Position numbers and translations under genes: made by a program. Positions 44,001 through 59,300 of a stretch of DNA of 64,000 nucleotides are shown here, piece by piece (the first letter of the stretch is position 1; each line of letters starts with the position of its first letter). Under the pieces are notes generated by a model. It did no database searches and was not told the DNA's origin. It was given only the letters and a program-made list of their open reading frames with translations. Location of the stretch: positions 24,552,001-24,616,000 of the forward strand of contig OZ059894.1 in assembly GCA_964057225.1 (NCBI GenBank). The letters run 5' to 3'. Origin of the DNA: Auanema rhodensis. Lineage: Eukaryota; Animalia; Nematoda.

Positions 44001-46816
44001 ATTTATGCTAATTAAATGTACACGTGATGTGCACTTGGTATGTAACTCGCTTCACGTGAAAGATAAAGAGATGCGGTTTTCAAAATTAGATTCTCCATGT
44101 CCATATTAGTCTAAAAACAAATTTTTATTGATATTGGTGCATGGTAACCATGACTTTGAAATTTACGTGAACTTTAATTTATGCTAATTAATTGTACACG
44201 TGATGTGCACTTGGTATGTAACTCGCTTCACGTGAAAGATAAAGAGATGCGGTTTTCAAAATTAGATTCTCCATGTCCATATTAGTCTAAAAACAAATTT
44301 TTATTGATATTGGTGCATGGTAACCATGACTTTGAAATTTACGTGAACTTTAACTTATGCTAATTAAATGTACACGTGATGTGCACTTGGTATGTAACTC
44401 GCTTCACGTGAAAGATAAAGAGATGCGGTTTTCAAAATCAGATTCCCCATGTCCATATTAGTCTAAAAACAAATTTTTATTGATAATGGTTCATGGTAAC
44501 CATGACTTTGAAATTTACGTGAACTTTAATTTATGCTAATTAAATGTACACGTGATGTGCACTTGGTATGTAACTCGCTTCACATGAAAGTTAAAGAGAT
44601 GCGGTTTTCAAAATTAGATTCCCCATGTCCATATTAGTCTAAAAACAAATTTTTATTGATATTGGTTCATGGTAACCATGACTTTGAAATTTACGTGAAC
44701 TTTAATTTATGCTAATTAAATGTACACGTGATGTGCACTTGGTATGTAACTCGCTTCACGTGAAAGATAAAGAGATGCGGTTTCCAAAATTAGATTCCCC
44801 ATGTCCATATTAGTCTAAAAACAATTTTTTATTGATATTGGTGCATGTTAACCATGACTTTGAAATTTACGTGAACTTTAATTTATGCTAATTGAATGTA
44901 CACGTGATGTGCACTTGGTATGTAACTCGCTTCACGTGAAAGATAAACAGATGCGGTTTTCAAAATTAGATTCCCCATGTCCATATTAGTCTAAAAACAA
45001 ATTTTTATTAATATTGGTTCATGGTAACCATGACTTTGAAATTTACGTGAACTTTAATTTATGCTAATTAAATGTACACGTGATGTGCACTTGGTATGTA
45101 ACTCGCTTCACGTGAAAGATAAAGATATGCGGTTTTCAAAATTAGATTCCCCATCTCCATATTAGTCTAAAAACAAATTTTTATTGATATTGGTTCATGG
45201 TAACCATGACTTTGAAATTTACGTGAACTTTAATTTATGCTAATTAAATGTACACGTGATGTGCACTTGGTATGTAACTCGCTTCACGTGAAAGATAAAG
45301 AGATGCGGTTTTCAAAATTAGATTCCCCATGTCCATATTAGTCTAAAAACAAATTTTTATTGATATTGGTGCATGGTAACCATGACTTTGAAATTTACGT
45401 GAACTTTAATTTATGCTAATTAAATGTACACGTGATGTGCACTTGGTATGTAACTCGCTTCACGTGAAAGATAAAGAGATGCGGTTTTCAAAATTAGATT
45501 CTCCATGTCCATATTAGTCTAAAAACAAATTTTTATTGATATTGGTGCATGGTAACCATGACTTTGAAATTTACGTGAACTTTAATTTATGCTAATTAAA
45601 TGTACACGTGATGTGCACTTGGTATGTAACTCGCTTCACGTGAAAGATAAAGAGATGCGGTTTTCAAAATTAGATTCTCCATGTCCATATTAGTCTAAAA
45701 ACAAATTTTTATTGATATTGGTGCATGGTAACCATGACTTTGAAATTTACGTGAACTTTAACTTATGCTAATTAAATGTACACGTGATGTGCACTTGGTA
45801 TGTAACTCGCTTCACGTGAAAGATAAAGAGATGCGGTTTTCAAAATCAGATTCCCCATGTCCATATTAGTCTAAAAACAAATTTTTATTGATATTGGTTC
45901 ATGGTAACCATGACTTTGAAATTTACGTGAACTTTAATTTATGCTAATTAAATGTACACGTGATGTGCACTTGGTATGTAACTCGCTTCACATGAAAGTT
46001 AAAGAGATGCGGTTTTCAAAATTAGATTCCCCATGTCCATATTAGTCTAAAAACAAATTTTTATTGATATTGGTTCATGGTAACCATGACTTTGAAATTT
46101 ACGTGAACTTTAATTTATGCTAATTAAATGTACACGTGATGTGCACTTGGTATGTAACTCGCTTCACGTGAAAGATAAAGAGATGCGGTTTCCAAAATTA
46201 GATTCCCCATGTCCATATTAGTCTAAAAACAATTTTTTATTGATATTGGTGCATGTTAACCATGACTTTGAAATTTACGTGAACTTTAATTTATGCTAAT
46301 TGAATGTACACGTGATGTGCACTTGGTATGTAACTCGCTTCACGTGAAAGATAAACAGATGCGGTTTTCAAAATTAGATTCCCCATGTCCATATTAGTCT
46401 AAAAACAAATTTTTATTAATATTGGTTCATGGTAACCATGACTTTGAAATTTACGTGAACTTTAATTTATGCTAATTAAATGTACACGTGATGTGCACTT
46501 GGTATGTAACTCGCTTCACGTGAAAGATAAAGATATGCGGTTTTCAAAATTAGATTCCCCATCTCCATATTAGTCTGAAAACAAATTTTTATTGATATTG
46601 GTGCATGGTAACCATGACTTTGAAATTTACGTGAACTTTAATTTATGCTAATTAAATGTACACGTGATGTGCACTTGGTATGTAACTCGCTTCACGTGAA
46701 AGATAAAGAGATGCGGTTTTCAAAATTAGATTCCCCATGTCCATATTAGTCTAAAAACAAATTTTTATTGATATTGGTGCATGGTAACCATGACTTTGAA
46801 ATTTACGTGAACTTTA
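44001..46816 (+). repeat. Slightly diverged tandem duplication of an 8-monomer (1408-bp) block
   Basis: TTCTCC at 44094/45502, AACTTATG at ~44354/45762, AATCAGA at 44439/45847, CACATGAAAGTT at 44584/45992, ATAAACAG at 44948/46356, AGATATG at ~45126/46534. About four differences separate the copies. Confidence 0.85.
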
Positions 46817-49800
46817 ATTTATGCTAATTAAATGTACACGTGATGTGCACTTGGTATGTAACTCGCTTCACGTGAAAGATAAAGAGATGCGGTTTTCAAA
46901 ATTAGATTCCCCATGTCCATATTAGTCTAAAAACAAATTTTTATTGATATTGGTGCATGGTAACCATGACTTTGAAATTTACGTGAACTTTAATTTATGC
47001 TAATTAAATGTACACGTGATGTGCACTTGGTATGTAACTCGCTTCACGTGAAAGATAAAGAGATGCGGTTTTCAAAATTAGATTCCCCATGTCCATATTA
47101 GTCTAAAAACAAATTTTTATTGATATTGGTGCATGGTAACCATGACTTTGAAATTTACGTGAACTTTAATTTATGCTAATTAAATGTACACGTGATGTGC
47201 ACTTGGTATGTAACTCGCTTCACGTGAAAGATAAAGAGATGCGGTTTTCAAAATTAGATTCCCCATGTCCATATTAGTCTAAAAACAAATTTTTATTGAT
47301 ATTGGTGCATGGTAACCATGACTTTGAAATTTACGTGAACTTTAATTTATGCTAATTAAATGTACACGTGATGTGCTCTTGGTATGTAACTCGCTTCACG
47401 TGAAAGATAAAGAGATGCGGTTTTCAAAATTAGATTCCCCATGTCCATATTAGTCTAAAAACAAATTTTTATTGATATTGGTGCATGGTAACCATGACTT
47501 TGAAATTTACGTGAACTTTAATTTATGCTAATTAAATGTACACGTGATGTGCACTTGGTATGTAACTCGCTTCACGTGAAAGATAAAGAGATGCGGTTTT
47601 CAAAATTAGATTCCCCATGTCCATATTAGTCTAAAAACAAATTTTTATTGATATTGGTGCATGGTAATCATGACTTTGAAATTTACGTGAACTTTAATTT
47701 ATGCTAATTAATAGTACACGTGATGTGCACTTGGTATGTAACTCGCTTCACGTGAAAGATAAAGAGATGCGGTTTTCAAAATTAGATTCCCCATGTCCAT
47801 ATTAGTCTAAAAACAAATTTGTATTGATATTGGTGCATGGTAATCATGACTTTGAAATTTACGTGAACTTTAATTTATTCTCATTAAATGTACACGTGAT
47901 GTGCACTTGGTATGTAACTCGCTTCACGTGAAAGATAAAGAGATGCGGTTTTCAAAATTAGATTTCCCATGTCCATATTAGTCTAAAAACAAATTTTTAT
48001 TGATATTGGTGCATGGTAATCAAGACTTTGAAATTTACGTGAACTTTAATTTATGCTAATTAAATGTACACGTGATGTGCACTTGGTATGTAACTCGCTT
48101 CACGTAAAAGATGAAGAGATGCGGTTTTCAAAATTAGATTCCCTATGTCCATATTAGTCTAAAAACAAATTTTTATTGATATTGGTTCATGGTAACCATG
48201 ACTTTGAAATTTACGTGAACTTTAATTTATGCTAATTATATGTACACGTGATGTGCACTTGGTATGTAACTCGCTTCACGTGAAAGATAAAGAGATGCGG
48301 TTTTCAAAATTAGATTCCCCATGTCCATATTAGTCTAAAAACAAATTTTTATTGATATTGGTGCATGGTAACCATGACTTTGAAATTTACGTGAACTTTA
48401 ATTTATGCTAATTAAATGTACACGTGATGTGCACTTGGTATGTAACTCGCTTCACGTGAAAGATAAAGAGATGCGGTTTCCAAAATTAGATTCCCCATGT
48501 CCATATTAGTCTAAAAACAATTTTTTATTGATATTGGTGCATGGTAACCATGACTTTGAAATTTACGTGAACTTTAATTTATGCTAATTAAATGTACACG
48601 TGATGTGCACTCGGTATGTAACTCGCTTCACGTGAAAGATAAAGAGATGCGGTTTCCAAAATTAGATTCCCCATGTCCATATTAGTCTAAAAACAATTTT
48701 TTATTGATATTGGTGCATGGTAACCATGACTTTGAAATTTACGTGAACTTTAATTTATGCTAATTAAATGTACACGTGATGTGCACTTGGTATGTAACTC
48801 GCTTCACGTGAAAGATAAAGAGATGCGGTTTTCAAATTTAGATTCCCCATGTCCATATTAGTCTAAAAACAAATTTTTATTGATATTGGTGCATGGTAAT
48901 CATGACTTTGAAATTTACGTGAACTTTAATTTATGCTAATTAAATGTACACGTGAAGTGCACTTGGTATGTAACTCGCTTCACGTGAAAGATAAAGAGAT
49001 GCGGTTTTCAAAATTAGATTCCCCATGTCCATATTAGTCTAAAAACAAATTTTTATTGATATTGGTGCATGGTAATCAAGACTTTGAAATTTACGTGAAC
49101 TTTAATTTATTCTCATTAAATGTACACGTGATGTGCACTTGGTATGTAACTCGCTTCACGTGAAAGATAAAGAGATGCGGTTTTCAAAATTAGATTCCCC
49201 ATGTCCATATTAGTCTAAAAACAAATTTTTATTGATATTGGTGCATGGTAATCAAGACTTTGAAATTTACGTGAACTTTAATTTATGCTAATTAAATGTA
49301 CACGTGATGTGCACTTGGTATGTAACTCGCTTCACGTGAAAGATGAAGAGATGCGGTTTTCAAAATTAGATTCCCCATGTCCATATTAGTCTAAAAACAA
49401 ATTTTTATTGATATTGGTTCATGGTAACCATGACTTTGAAATTTACGTGAACTTTAATTTATGCTAATTAAATGTACACGTGATGTGCACTTGGTATGTA
49501 ACTCGCTTCACGTGAAAGATAAAGAGATGCGGTTTTCAAAATTAGATTCCCCATGTCCATATTAGTCTAAAAACAAATTTTTATTGATATTGGTGCATGG
49601 TAATCAAGACTTTGAAATTTACGTGAACTTTAATTTATGCTAATTAAATGTACACGTGATGTGCACTTGGTATGTAACTCGCTTCACGTGAAAGATGAAG
49701 AGATGCGGTTTTCAAAATTAGATTCCCCATGTCCATATTAGTCTAAAAACAAATTTTTATTGATATTGGTGCATGGTAATCAAGACTTTGAAATTTACGT

Positions 49801-50160
49801 GAACTTTAATTTATGCTAATTAAATGTACACGTGATGTGCACTTGGTATGTAACTCGCTTCACGTGAAAGATAAAGAGATGCGGTTTTCAAAATTAGATT
49901 CCCCATGTCCATATTAGTCTAAAAACAAATTTTTATTGATATTGGTGCATGGTAATCAAGACTTTGAAATTTACGTGAACTTTAATTTATGCTAATTAAA
50001 TGTACACGTGATGTGCACTTGGTATGTAACTCGCTTCACGTGAAAGATGAAGAGATGCGGTTTTCAAAATTAGATTCCCCATGTCCATATTAGTCTAAAA
50101 ACAAATTTTTATTGATATTGGTTCATGGTAACCATGACTTTGAAATTTACGTGAACTTTA

Positions 50161-50862
50161 ATTTATGCTAATTAAATGTACACGTGATGTGCACTTGGTA
50201 TGTCACTCGCTTCACGTGAAAGATAAAGAGATGCGGTTTTCAAAATTAGATTCCCATGTCCATATTAGTCTAAAAACAAATTTTTATTGATATTGGTGCA
50301 TGGTAACCATGACTTTGAAATTTACGTGAACTTTAATTTATGCTAATTAAATGTACACGTGATGTGCACTTGGTATGTAACTCGCTTCACGTGAAAGATA
50401 AAGAGATGCGGTTTTCAAAATTAGATTCCCCATGTCCATATTAGTCTAAAAACAAATTTTTATTGATGTTGGTTCATGGTAACCATGACTTTGAAATTTA
50501 CGTGAACTTTAATTTATGCTAATTAAATGTACACGTGATGTGCACTTGGTATGTAACTCGCTTCACGTGAAAGATAAAGAGATGCGGTTTTCAAAATTAG
50601 ATTCCCATGTCCATATTAGTCTAAAAACAAATTTTTATTGATATTGGTGCATGGTAACCATGACTTTGAAATTTACGTGAACTTTAATTTATGCTAATTA
50701 AATGTACACGTGATGTGCACTTGGTATGTAACTCGCTTCACGTGAAAGATAAAGAGATGCGGTTTTCAAAATTAGATTCCCCATGTCCATATTAGCCTAA
50801 AAACAAATTTTTATTGATGTTGGTTCATGGTAACCATGACTTTGAAATTTACGTGAACTTTA
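50161..50862 (+). repeat. Duplicated 351-bp dimer containing a 175-bp monomer (CCCC to CCC)
   Basis: ATTCCCATG at ~50250 and ~50601, each followed by a GATGTTGG monomer (~50469, ~50820). Confidence 0.85.
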
Positions 50863-53800
50863 ATTTATGCTAATTAAATGTACACGTGATGTGCACTTGG
50901 TATGTAACTCGCTTCACGTGAAAGATAAAGAGATGCGGTTTTCAAAATTAGATTCCCCATGTCCATATTAGTCTAAAAACAAATTTTTATTGATATTGGT
51001 TCTCGGTAACCATGACTTTGAAATTTACGTGAACTTTAATTTATGCTAATTAAATGTACACGTGATGTGCACTTGGTATGTAACTCGCTTCACGTGAAAG
51101 ATAAAGAGATGCGGTTTTCAAAATTAGATTCCCCATGTCCATATTAGTCTAAAAACTAATTTTTATTGATATTGGTTTATGGTAACCATGACTTTGAAAT
51201 TTACGTGAACTTTAATTTATGCTAATTAAATGTACACGTGATGTGCACTTGGTATGTAACTCGCTTCACGTGAAAGATAAAAAGATGCGGTTTTCAAAAT
51301 TAGATTCCCCATGTCCATATTAGTCTAAAAACAAATTTTTATTGATATTGGTTCATGGTAACCATGACTTTGAAATTTACGTGAACTTTAATTTATGCTA
51401 ATTAAATGTACACGTGATGTGCACTTGGTATGTAACTCGCTTCACGTGAAAGATAAAGAGATGCGGTTTTCAAAATTAGATTCCCCATGTCCATATTAGT
51501 CTAAAAACTAATTTTTATTGATATTGGTTTATGGTAACCATGACTTTGAAATTTACGTGAACTTTAATTTATGCTAATTAAATGTACACGTGATGTGCAC
51601 TTGGTATGTAACTCGCTTCACTTGAAAGATAAAGAGATGCGGTTTTCAAAATTAGATTCCCCATGTCCATATTAGTCTAAAAACAAATTTTTATTGATAT
51701 TGGTTCATGGTAACCATGACTTTGAAATTTACGTGAACTTTAATTTATTCTTATTAAATGTACACGTGATGTGCACTTGGTATGTAACTCGCTTCACGTG
51801 AAAGATAAAGAGATGCGGTTTTCAAAATTAGATTCCCCATGTCCATATTAGTCTAAAAACAAATTTTTATTGATATTGGTGCATGGTAACCATGACTTTG
51901 AAATTTACGTGAACTTTAATTAATGCTAATTAAATGTACACGTGATGTGCACTTGGTATGTAACTCGCTTCACATGAAAGATAAAGAGATGCGGTTTTCA
52001 AAATTAGATTCCCCATGTCCATTCTAGTCTAAAAACAAATTTTTATTGATATTGGTTCATGGTAACCATGACTTTGAAATTTACGTGAACTTTAATTTAT
52101 GCTAATTAAATGTACACGTGATGTGCACTTGGTATGTAACTCGCTTCACGTGAAAGATAAAGAGATGCGGTTTTCAAAATTAGATTCCCCATGTCCATAT
52201 TAGTCTAAAAACAAATTTTTATTGATATTGGTTTATGGTAACCATGACTTTGAAATTTACGTGAACTTTAATTTATGCTAATTAAATGTACACGTGATGT
52301 GCACTTGGTATGTAACTCGCTTCACGTGAAAGATAAAGAGATGCGGTTTTCAAAATTAGATTCCCCATGTCCATATTAGTCTAAAAACAAATTTTTATTG
52401 ATATTGGTGCATGGTAACCATGACTTTGAAATTTACGTGAACTTTAATTTATGCTAATTAAATGTACACGTGATGTGCACTTGGTATTTAACTCGCTTCA
52501 CGTGAAAGATAAAGAGATGCGGTTTTCAAAATTAGATTCCCCATGTCCATATTAGTCTAAAAACAAATTTTTATTGATATTATTGCATGGTAACCATGAC
52601 TTTGAAATTTACGTGAACTTTAATTTATGCTAATTAAATGTACACGTGATGTGCACTTGGTATGTAACTCGCTTCACGTGAAAGATAAAGAGATGCGGTT
52701 TTCAAAATTAGATTCCCCATGTCCATATTAGTCTAAAAACAAATTTTTATTGATATTGGTTCATGGTAACCATGACTTTGAAATTTACGTGAACTTTAAT
52801 TTATGCTAATTAAATGTACACGTGATGTGCACTTGGTATGTAACTCGCTTCACATGAAAGATAAAGAGATGCGGTTTTCAAAATTAGATTCCCCATGTCC
52901 ATATTAGTCTAAAAACAAATTTTTATTGATATTGGTTCATGGTAACCATGACTTTGAAATTTACGTGAACTTTAATTTATGCTAATTAAATGTACACGTG
53001 ATGTGCACTTGGTATGTAACTCGCTTCACGTGAAAGATAAAGAGATGCGGTTTTCAAAATTAGATTCCCCATGTCCATATTAGTCTAAAAACAAATTTTT
53101 ATTGATATTGGTTCTCGGTAACCATGACTTTGAAATTTACGTGAACTTTAATTTATGCTAATTAAATGTACACGTGATGTGCACTTGGTATGTAACTCGC
53201 TTCACGTGAAAGATAAAGAGATGCGGTTTTCAAAATTAGATTCCCCATGTCCATATTAGTCTAAAAACTAATTTTTATTGATATTGGTTTATGGTAACCA
53301 TGACTTTGAAATTTACGTGAACTTTAATTTATGCTAATTAAATGTACACGTGATGTGCACTTGGTATGTAACTCGCTTCACTTGAAAGATAAAGAGATGC
53401 GGTTTTCAAAATTAGATTCCCCATGTCCATATTAGTCTAAAAACAAATTTTTAACGATATTGGTTCATGGTAACCATGACTTTGAAATTTACGTGAACTT
53501 TAATTTATGCTAATTAAATGTACACGTGATGTGCACTTGGTATGTAACTCGCTTCACGTGAAAGATAAAGAGATGCGGTTTTCAAAATTAGATTCCCCAT
53601 GTCCATATTAGTCTAAAAACAAATTTTTACTGATATTGGTGCATGGTAACCATGACTTTGAAATTTACGTGAACTTTAATTTATGCTAATTAAATGTACA
53701 CGTGATGTGCACTTGGTATGTAACTCGCTTCACGTGAAAGATAAAGAGATGCGGTTTTCAAAATTAGATTCCCCATGTCCATATTAGTCTAAAAACAAAT

Positions 53801-56328
53801 TTTTATTGATATTGGTGCATGGTAACCATGACTTTGAAATTTACGTGAACTTTAATTTATGCTAATTAAATGTACACGTGATGTGCACTTGGTATGTAAC
53901 TCGCTTCACTTGAAAGATAAAGAGATGCGGTTTTCAAAATTAGATTCCCCATGTCCATATTAGTCTAAAAACAAATTTTTATTGATATTGGTTCATGGTA
54001 ACCATGACTTTGAAATTTACGTGAACTTTAATTTATTCTTATTAAATGTACACGTGATGTGCACTTGGTATGTAACTCGCTTCACGTGAAAGATAAAGAG
54101 ATGCGGTTTTCAAAATTAGATTCCCCATGTCCATTCTAGTCTAAAAACAAATTTTTATTGATATTGGTTCATGGTAACCATGACTTTGAAATTTACGTGA
54201 ACTTTAATTTATGCTAATTAAATGTACACGTGATGTGCACTTGGTATGTAACTCGCTTCACGTGAAAGATAAAGAGATGCGGTTTTCAAAATTAGATTCC
54301 CCATGTCCATATTAGTCTAAAAACAAATTTTTATTGATATTGGTTCATGGTAACCATGACTTTGAAATTTACGTGAACTTTAATTTATGCTAATTAAATG
54401 TACACGTGATGTGCACTTGGTATGTAACTCGCTTCACGTGAAAGATAAAGAGATGCGGTTTTCAAAATTAGATTCCCCATGTCCATATTAGTCTAAAAAC
54501 AAATTTTTATTGATATTGGTTTATGGTAACCATGACTTTGAAATTTACGTGAACTTTAATTTATGCTAATTAAATGTACACGTGATGTGCACTTGGTATG
54601 TAACTCGCTTCACTTGAAAGATAAAGAGATGCGGTTTTCAAAATTAGATTCCCCATGTCCATATTAGTCTAAAAACAAATTTTTATTGATATTGGTGCAT
54701 GGTAACCATGACTTTGAAATTTACGTGAACTTTAATTTATGCTAATTAAATGTACACGTGATGTGCACTTGGTATGTAACTCGCTTCACTTGAAAGATAA
54801 AGAGATGCGGTTTTTAAAATTAGATTCCCCATGTCCATATTAGTCTAAAAACAAATTTTTATTGATATTGGTTCATGGTAACCATGACTTTGAAATTTAC
54901 GTGAACTTTAATTTATGCTAATTAAATGTACACGTGATGTGCACTTGGTATGTAACTCGCTTCACATGAAAGATAAAGAGATGCGGTTTTCAAAATTAGA
55001 TTCCCCATGTCCATATTAGTCTAAAAACAAATTTTTATTGATATTGGTTCATGGTAACCATGACTTTGAAATTTACGTGAACTTTAATTTATGCTAATTA
55101 AATGTACACGTGATGTGCACTTGGTATGTAACTCGCTTCACGTGAAAGATAAAGAGATGCGGTTTTCAAAATTAGATTCCCCATGTCCATATTAGTCTAA
55201 AAACAAATTTTTATTGATATTGGTTCATGGTAACCATGACTTTGAAATTTACGTGAACTTTAATTTATGCTAATTAAATGTACACGTGATGTGCACTTGG
55301 TATGTAACTCGCTTCACATGAAAGATAAAGAGATGCGGTTTTCAAAATTAGATTCCCCATGTCGATATTAGTCTAAAAACAAATTTTTATTGATATTGGT
55401 TCATGGTAACCATGACTTTGAAATTTACGTGAACTTTAATTTATGCTAATTAAATGTACACGTGATGTGCACTTGGTATGTAACTCGCTTCACGTGAAAG
55501 ATAAAGAGATGCGGTTTTCAAAATTAGATTCCCCATGTCCATATTAGTCTAAAAACAAATTTTTATTGATATTGGTTCATGGTAACCATGACTTTGAAAT
55601 TTACGTGAACTTTAATTTATGCTAATTAAATGTACACGTGATGTGCACTTGGTATGTAACTCGCTTCACGTGAAAGATAAAGAGATGCGGTTTTCAAAAT
55701 TAGATTCCCCATGTCCATATTAGTCTAAAAACTAATTTTTATTGATATTGGTTTATGGTAACCATGACTTTGAAATTTACGTGAACTTTAATTTATGCTA
55801 ATTAAATGTACACGTGATGTGCACTTGGTATGTAACTCGCTTCACGTGAAAGATAAAGAGATGCGGTTTTCAAAATTAGATTCCCCATGTCCATATTAGT
55901 CTAAAAACAAATTTTTATTGATATTGGTTTATGGTAACCATGACTTTGAAATTTACGTGAACTTTAATTTATGCTAATTAAATGTACACGTGATGTGCAC
56001 TTGGTATGTAACTCGCTTCACGTGAAAGATAAAGAGATGCGGTTTTCAAAATTAGATTCCCCATGTCCATATTAGTCTAAAAACAAATTTTTATTGATAT
56101 TGGTGCATGGTAACCATGACTTTGAAATTTACGTGAACTTTAATTTATGCTAATTAAATGTACACGTGATGTGCACTTGGTATGTAACTCGCTTCACTTG
56201 AAAGATAAAGAGATGCGGTTTTCAAAATTAGATTCCCCATGTCCATATTAGTCTAAAAACAAATTTTTATTGATATTGGTTTATGGTAACCATGACTTTG
56301 AAATTTACGTGAACTTTAATTTATTCTT

Positions 56329-59300
56329 ATTAAATGTACACGTGATGTGCACTTGGTATGTAACTCGCTTCACGTGAAAGATAAAGAGATGCGGTTTTCA
56401 AAATTAGATTCCCCATGTCCATATTAGTCTAAAAACAAATTTTTATTGATATTGGTGCATGGTAACCATGACTTTGAAATTTACGTGAACTTTAATTAAT
56501 GCTAATTAAATGTACACGTGATGTGCACTTGGTATGTAACTCGCTTCACTTGAAAGATAAAGAGATGCGGTTTTCAAAATTAGATTCCCCATGTCCATAT
56601 TAGTCTAAAAACAAATTTTTATTGATATTGGTTCATGGTAACCATGACTTTGAAATTTACGTGAACTTTAATTTATGCTAATTAAATGTACACGTGATGT
56701 GCACTTGGTATGTAACTCGCTTCACGTGAAAGATAAAGAGATGCGGTTTTCAAAATTAGATTCCCCATGTCCATATTAGTCTAAAAACAAATTTTTATTG
56801 ATATTGGTGCATGGTAACCATGACTTTGAAATTTACGTGAACTTTAATTTATGCTAATTAAATGTACACGTGATGTGCACTTGGTATGTAACTCGCTTCA
56901 CATGAAAGATAAAGAGATGCGGTTTTCAAAATTAGATTCCCCATGTCCATATTAGTCTAAAAACAAATTTTTATTGATATTGGTTCATGGTAACCATGAC
57001 TTTGAAATTTACGTGAACTTTAATTTATGCTAATTAAATGTACACGTGATGTGCACTTGGTATGTAACTCGCTTCACGTGAAAGATAAAGAGATGCGGTT
57101 TTCAAAATTAGATTCCCCATGTCCATATTAGTCTAAAAACAAATTTTTATTGATATTGGTGCATGGTAACCATGACTTTGAAATTTACGTGAACTTTAAT
57201 TTATGCTAATTAAATGTACACGTGATGTGCCCTTGGTATGTAACTCGCTTCACGTGAAAGATAAAGAGATGCGGTTTTCAAAATTAGATTCCCCATCTCC
57301 ATATTAGTCTAAAAACAAATTTTTATTGATATTGGTGCATGGTAACCATGACTTTGAAATTTACGTGAACTTTAATTTATGCTAATTAAATGTACACGTG
57401 ATGTGCACTTGGTATGTAACTCGCTTCACGTGAAAGATAAAGAGATGCGGTTTTCAAAATTAGATTCCCCATGTCCATATTAGTCTAAAAACAAATTTTT
57501 ATTGATATTGGTTCATGGTAACCATGACTTTGAAATTTACGTGAACTTTAATTTATGCTAATTAAATGTACACGCGATGTGCACTTGGTATGTAACTCGC
57601 TTCACGTGAAAGATAAAGAGATGCGGTTTTCAAAATTAGATTCCCCATGTCCATATTAGTCTAAAAACAAATTTTTATTGATATTGGTTCATGGTAACCA
57701 TGACTTTGAAATTTACGTGAACTTTAATTTATGCTAATTAAATGTACACGTGATGTGCACTTGGTATGTAACTCGCTTCACGTGAAAGATAAAGAGATGC
57801 GGTTTTCAAAATTAGATTCCCCATGTCCATATTAGTCTAAAAACTAATTTTTATTGATATTGGTTTATGGTAACCATGACTTTGAAATTTACGTGAACTT
57901 TAATTTATGCTAATTAAATGTACACGTGATGTGCACTTGGTATGTAACTCGCTTCACGTGAAAGATAAAGAGATGCGGTTTTCAAAATTAGATTCCCCAT
58001 GTCCATATTAGTCTAAAAACAAATTTTTATTGATATTGGTTCATGGTAACCATGACTTTGAAATTTACGTGAACTTTAATTTATGCTAATTAAATGTACA
58101 CGTGATGTGCACTTGGTATGTAACTCGCTTCACGTGAAAGATAAAGAGATGCGGTTTTCAAAATTAGATTCCCCATGTCCATATTAGTCTAAAAACAAAT
58201 TTTTATTGATATTGGTTCATGGTAACCATGACTTTGAAATTTACGTGAACTTTAATTTATGCTAATTAAATGTACACGTGATGTGCACTTGGTATGTAAC
58301 TCGCTTCACTTGAAAGATAAAGAGATGCGGTTTTCAAAATTAGATTCCCCATGTCCATATTAGTCTAAAAACAAATTTTTAACGATATTGGTTCATGGTA
58401 ACCATGACTTTGAAATTTACGTGAACTTTAATTTATGCTAATTAAATGTACACGTGATGTGCACTTGGTATGTAACTCGCTTCACGTGAAAGATAAAGAG
58501 ATGCGGTTTTCAAAATTAGATTCCCCATGTCCATATTAGTCTAAAAACAAATTTTTACTGATATTGGTGCATGGTAACCATGACTTTGAAATTTACGTGA
58601 ACTTTAATTTATGCTAATTAAATGTACACGTGATGTGCTCTTGGTATGTAACTCGCTTCACGTGAAAGATAAAGAGATGCGGTTTTCAAAATTAGATTCC
58701 CCATGTCCATATTAGTCTAAAAACAAATTTTTATTGATGTTGGTTCATGGTAACCATGACTTTGAAATTTACGTGAACTTTAATTTATGCTAATTAAATG
58801 TACACGTGATGTGCACTTGGTATGTAACTCGCTTCACGTGAAAGATAAAGAGATGCGGTTTTCAAAATTAGATTCCCCATGTCCATATTAGTCTAAAAAC
58901 AAATTTTTATTGATATTGGTTCTCGGTAACCATGACTTTGAAATTTACGTGAACTTTAATTTATGCTAATTAAATGTACACGTGATGTGCACTTGGTATG
59001 TAACTCGCTTCACGTGAAAGATAAAGAGATGCAGTTTTCAAAATTAGATTCCCCATCTCCATATTAGTCTAAAAACAAATTTTTATTGATATTGGTGCAT
59101 GGTAACCATGACTTTGAAATTTACGTGAACTTTAATTTATGCTAATTAAATGTACACGTGATGTGCACTTGGTATGTAACTCGCTTCACGTGAAAGATAA
59201 AGAGATGCGGTTTTCAAAATTAGATTCCCCATGTCCATATTAGTCTAAAAACAAATTTTTAACGATATTGGTTCATGGTAACCATGACTTTGAAATTTAC

